DNA from: Microthyrium microscopicum
Lineage: Eukaryota
NCBI GenBank assembly: GCA_010405405.1
Contig: MU004236.1
Span: forward strand, 855,457-919,456
Length of the DNA: 64,000 bases
Direction of reading: 5' to 3'
Numbering within the stretch: position 1 is the stretch's first letter; each line of letters begins with the position of its first letter. This document shows, piece after piece, positions 59,311 through 64,000 of the stretch. Made by a program: the position numbers and the translations under genes. Under the pieces are notes generated by a model. That model was not told the DNA's origin, made no database searches, and saw only the letters and a program-made list of their open reading frames with translations.

Positions 59311-60638
59311 ATATAGATGTCTCAATTACTGGCATCCAGCGCTATAACAAAAGGATAATTAATGTGTTGCATGACTACCCGATTACATCGGAAGGTTTTC
59401 TCTCCAGAACCTGAGGCAAGGAAAAATATAGATACCATATGCATTTTCCTAGCAATTCGTTGTACTCAGTCGGAAAAGACCTTGCTCTGGAAACTGTGAC
59501 TCGTACTCGCTCCCTCGCGATTCTCGTTTCTTCCAGATTATACGCTCTGCGTTTGTGTTATTCTATAGATAAGCTACATTCGCTTTGAATGCCTCCACTG
59601 TTCTGCCAGTTTTCCGATACAGTTGGTCGCAGCTGCGAGCATTTTGGCTTTGTTGGTGGTCGAGCTCCTGGGACATCGCCTCAAACTCCGCATATATGAG
59701 GAACTACTTGGCGTAGTCGTTCGATTTCCGAGTAAAGCTCATCGCGGTATTTGCGCTCCAGGAGATCGTGCGGTATCGGAGAATTGGTCATTGAATAGTA
59801 AGTTCATTTGTTCATGAGGTCGGCGGAAGAGTCAGGTTGACCAACCGTGTCATTCGAAGATTGCAGAATTGTATGGTCGGGTAGGGAGGAATAAAGTAAG
59901 ACAATGGATACTCTAGCTCTATAGTCCTCTAAGAAGATCTGTAGAATGCTTTTGGGTTGGTACCCAAAGCCGTCCATTGGCTCCAAATACTGATATTTGG
60001 TGGATCATGCCACTTTTCGTGGTCGTCTCAAGATCTAGAATATGCTGTCCATTCGCACCAGAAGTGAATATCCACACGAAAGATCAGTAGAGTTCTTGGC
60101 TTTCGTCAATTTGTTTAAAATCGCATCTAACATTGATGAACCAGTTTGGTTCATCTGTTGACACGGATTGTCAAATAGGCCTTTCGTGATTGGACGAATA
60201 GTCAATATTTTGGATGCTTAGTACCATTTGATTTAGATCAGAAGTCTTTAGCAAAGTTTGTACTCCACACTCCTAATGAGCTACCTTCACCTCAGGGAAA
60301 ACCTCGCAACTCCATGTGTCAATCGTATTAGTTCTAGTCTGACATACTTAAAACGAATCCGCAGGGTAAGACTATAAGTCATCCTCATAGATTGCACTGT
60401 GTTGGGATGGCATTTGATGCCCCGCTACCGTATAACTTTTGAAGCCCCACTTTTCTCTCGGCTAGTTCCGCAACACCAACCACATCACTGCATTTTACCA
60501 TCAGAACCCTTCGGATTGGTCAGCCCTTGTCTCTCGACGTGACGTATTGACTTTTGGCAGTCGTCCAAAAAGCATCAGCTTACGACACCTCATACACAGC
60601 TCCATGCCCCTCACACTCTCCCAAACTCCTCTCACTCC

Positions 60639-62366
60639 ATGCATCTAGTTGCTCTCCGCTGTCTTACACGTCCAATTACTTCACGTACCCCTCAATCCAG
60701 CCTCACACGCGCTTTCCACATCTCAAACCGCATCATGGCTCAGCAATACCAGCTCAAAGGCATCACCTCCCTCAACGACATCAAGCCCGGCTCGAAGCAA
60801 ACATTCGAAGTCGAAGGCGTCGAAGGCGCCCAAGTCCTCCTCACAAACACCAATGGCAAAGTCAACGCTCTGAGCCCAAAGTGCACACATTATGGAGCGC
60901 CGTTGGTCAAGGGTGTGTTATTTGGGGACCGCTTGACTTGTCCTTGGCATGGCGCTTGCTTCAATGTGACGACGGGTGATGTTGAGGATGCGCCTGCGCT
61001 GGATCCGTTGGCGAAATACGAGATTGAGGAGAAGGATGGCAAGGTGTTTATCACTGGTGATCCAAAGGAAGTCAAGGGGAATTTTCCTAATTCACTTAGT
61101 ATTAAGTGCAAGGCTGAGGGATCGGAGAAGGTGGTGGTTGTTGGTGGTGGGTCGGGTGCGTTGGGTGCCATTGAGGGATTGAGGGCTGGTGGGTATACTG
61201 GTCAATTGACTGTTATTTCGTCGGAGGGGTATCGTCCAATTGATCGGACGAAGCTTTCCAAGGCACTGCTGGCTGATGTTTCGAAATTGGCATGGCGATC
61301 AAAGGACTTTTACAGCGAATCTTCGGTAGACTTGGTAGACGATGAAGTCACATCTGTTGATTTCGACGGCAAGAAGGTCACCACCAAATCTGGCAAAACA
61401 CACGACTACACAAAATTGGTTCTATCTACTGGTGGTTCTCCACGATGGCTTCCACTCGATGGACTCAAGGGCGATCTTAAGAACGTCTTCGTTCTACGTA
61501 CCATCCCACACGTTCAAAGTATTTTAGAAGCTCTCGGCGAAGGAGAGAAGAAGGTTGTAGTCATCGGCAGCTCCTTTATCGGCATGGAAGTCGCCACAGC
61601 ACTAGTAGGCAAGAAGCACAAAGTCACCGTCGTCGGTATGGAAGAAGAGCCAATGGAGCGTGTCATGGGCAAAAAAGTTGGGCACATTTTCCGCGAGATC
61701 ATCGAGGGCAAAGGCGTTAACTTCAAGATGGGAGCTTCCGTCGAGAAGGCTACAGCATCAAAATCCGACTCGTCCAAAGTTGGTGCTGTGCAACTCAAAG
61801 ACGGCACTACTCTAGAAGCCGACCTGGTCATTCTTGGTGTGGGTGTTCAACCAGTGACGCAATATCTCAAGGATAACTCCGCTATTGAGCTATTGAAAGA
61901 CGGCTCGCTTTCTGTCGATGACAAATTCGCTGTCAAAGGCCTCAAAGATGTCTTTGCAGTCGGCGATATCGCAACATATCCATACTCTGGCCCAGGAGGT
62001 AACAATACGCCAGTGCGTATCGAGCATTGGAATGTAGCTCAGATGGGCGGCCGCACTGTCGCGCGAGTGATCAACAAGAAGGGTGAACCGGAGAAGTTCA
62101 TCCCTATATTCTGGTCTGCTCTGGGCCAGCAATTGAGATACTGCGGATCCACGGTTTCGGGAGGCTTTGATGATGTTGTGATCAAAGGCGCGACTAGTGC
62201 TGATAAGCCGAGTTGGGTGGCATACTATACACAGGGCGAGACTGTGGTGGCTGTGGCTTCAATGGGTAAAGATCCGGTTATGGTGCAGTCTGCTGAGTTG
62301 ATGAGACGGAGCAAGATGCCGACCAAGAAGGAGTTGGAGGATGGTGCTGATGTGCTGTCGTTGTAA
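60639..62366 (+). CDS. Apoptosis-inducing-factor-like (AIFM3-type) Rieske [2Fe-2S] + FAD/NAD oxidoreductase
   Basis: Rieske ligands CTHYG and CPWHG, VVVGGG FAD motif, IDRTKLSK, IGSSFIGME, FAVGDIA, RIEHWNVA and IPIFWS. The N-terminus resembles a mitochondrial presequence. Confidence 0.93.
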   Translation: MHLVALRCLTRPITSRTPQSSLTRAFHISNRIMAQQYQLKGITSLNDIKPGSKQTFEVEGVEGAQVLLTNTNGKVNALSPKCTHYGAPLVKGVLFGDRLTCPWHGACFNVTTGDVEDAPALDPLAKYEIEEKDGKVFITGDPKEVKGNFPNSLSIKCKAEGSEKVVVVGGGSGALGAIEGLRAGGYTGQLTVISSEGYRPIDRTKLSKALLADVSKLAWRSKDFYSESSVDLVDDEVTSVDFDGKKVTTKSGKTHDYTKLVLSTGGSPRWLPLDGLKGDLKNVFVLRTIPHVQSILEALGEGEKKVVVIGSSFIGMEVATALVGKKHKVTVVGMEEEPMERVMGKKVGHIFREIIEGKGVNFKMGASVEKATASKSDSSKVGAVQLKDGTTLEADLVILGVGVQPVTQYLKDNSAIELLKDGSLSVDDKFAVKGLKDVFAVGDIATYPYSGPGGNNTPVRIEHWNVAQMGGRTVARVINKKGEPEKFIPIFWSALGQQLRYCGSTVSGGFDDVVIKGATSADKPSWVAYYTQGETVVAVASMGKDPVMVQSAELMRRSKMPTKKELEDGADVLSL

Positions 62367-62782
62367 TCTGTTGTTGTAACTTGATGGGTATTGTGAAGAA
62401 AAGCATATAAGGCAACGACAATATACGAATATATCACATATTGAGCATTACAATTATGTTTGTACTTACTACCGTAATATCCCCCATTCGCGTCATGTTC
62501 TAGTCTCTTGTACTTGATTCGAGATAAACCCACGCTGATCGACTATGGTAATCACTGTCCAAACTGAGTAGGACTGTTGGCATATGGTGATGTCTAGACC
62601 ATAGGGGAGTGTAAGCATGATAAGAGTGTACTATTCAATCCAGATAGAGCTAATCAAGTAGTAGTTACAATTCCAAAACCAACGCCGCTGTTTAATTGCA
62701 AAGAACTAGGAAAGACGATACCAAAGCTCCAAGCCCATGCATAAGCCCATAAAGTCGTACGAAACGTCTTCAAAATATATTT

Positions 62783-63526
62783 TTAATTGCTGGCAGAATG
62801 TTAGTCACGATCATAGCACATCAATATCAAGGGGCCAACTTACAGCAATCCAAGAGTCAAATCACCATGGATCTTCGCCTTCAACTGAACTTCGATGTCA
62901 AGGTTCAACTCCAGTCTCAAGCGCAATTGTTCTTTGCCTTCATCCCCACCACCCTCCTCCTTCTTTCCCCCACCAGTCAACCCACCCAACGCCTGTCCAG
63001 CAGTATTCCCCACCTGATTAACCGCATTGCCTGCCGTATTCTGCACCATATCCGTCGCCCCACTCACCGCCTCTCCACCCGGCAAGCCCTCCGCAATCCC
63101 ATCCAACGGCCCACCGCCACTCTTCTCCTGCGTCTGCGTCTGGTTCCCATTCCGCTGTCTCTGGCGCTGCCTATTGCGTCGTCCGCCGCCCACGGCGCTG
63201 ACTTCAGAGGCTGCAACACTCTCTGTGTCTGACGCATCGACGGCACCGCCTCGGCGGCCACGCCCGCGTGATTGGCGGCGGCGCGACTGGGTGCGTGATT
63301 TTGCGGGCTCGGAGGGCGCGGCGGATTCTTCGGCGGCGTCCTCGTCGGGCTCGGGGGTGGCGTCGGGGGTGGGTTGTTGTTGGGCTTCTGGTTTTTTACC
63401 GCCGAGTTTCTTTGGGGTGCGCTTCTCGGTTTTCTTGGAGGCGGATGCGCCGATGCCGCCTTGGGCTTGGGCTTGGCCTTGTCCTTCGGCTCCGAGACTG
63501 GCTTGGGCTTCTTCTGTGTCGGCCAT
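62783..63526 (-). CDS. Conserved fungal low-complexity protein with a C-terminal LRLELNLDIEVQLKAKIHGDLTLGLL motif
   Basis: ORF 62840-63526 with ACAATGG start context and a hydrophilic disordered body. Probable terminal intron 62790-62843 (GTAAGT..ACTAAC..CAG) and a 7-nt final coding segment. Confidence 0.8.
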
Positions 63527-64000
63527 TGTGTTATTTGGATGTGGTTGTGATGAGATGGTTGGTTTGGTGTTATTGTTTGGGTAAAAGGGGAAGAGGCGAT
63601 GTTGTTGGGGATGTATGTAAGATGAAGTGTAGAAGGAAGAGAGTTGAGGTGAGGATTTTGAGTTGTAAGGATGTTAAAAGAAGGCACAAGGTTGGAGGGA
63701 GGCAAGGTTGAAAAGCGATCGAGATGGGAGGTGACGCAACGGGAATCAAGACCAAGAACTAAGCAACTCCAAGGATTCCAGCCTCGAGTAGTATGTACCG
63801 TATGTTGCAAAAGCACATTGCTTGACAGGGGGAATACATGTCCGTACTAGGGCAGATGATACAACGTGGAGCGATTCGAGTTCAAAAGTTGGCAGAGTTC
63901 AAATGGTTTGGCTGAATGGAGAAATTATGATGTCACATTGGAATAAACTCCGATGAAATCTCACCTGTTCCAGCCTCGTTGAACAAGGGGGAAGACATAG

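Overview
Gene-dense eukaryotic DNA from a filamentous ascomycete. The evidence is short GT-AG introns with CTRAC/CTAAT branch sites and a Pezizomycotina-type gene set; a Eurotiomycete/Chaetothyriales origin is only a guess. About 20 protein-coding genes are supported: F-box/LRR (runs off the left end), an EXPERA/EBP-like membrane protein, EFR3, CLU1, an unknown multi-TM protein, a class V PLP enzyme, a Med15-like Q-rich protein, a BAG co-chaperone, a SIMPL/DUF541 protein, a NACHT-ankyrin NLR, a GH31 glycosidase, another multi-TM protein, NOC2, VPS28, an Rrg1/Efm2-like methyltransferase, a xylitol/sorbitol dehydrogenase, a FlbD-like Myb factor, a Trk K+ transporter, an AIF-like Rieske oxidoreductase and a small conserved fungal protein. 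I recognised no tRNA, rRNA, CRISPR array or intact transposon. The most interesting signals are: (1) a probable GUG-initiated, membrane-anchoring N-terminal extension of the BAG protein; (2) two adjacent, unidentified, highly structured RNA-like elements in the intergenic region at 20.1-21.7 kb; (3) two long structured introns with cryptic splice sites in the neighbouring PLP enzyme gene; (4) an FG/GLFG-like repeat insertion in a SIMPL protein that sits head-to-head with an NLR; (5) a 7.8-kb gene-free region upstream of a divergent Myb factor. All folds and family assignments were made by eye.
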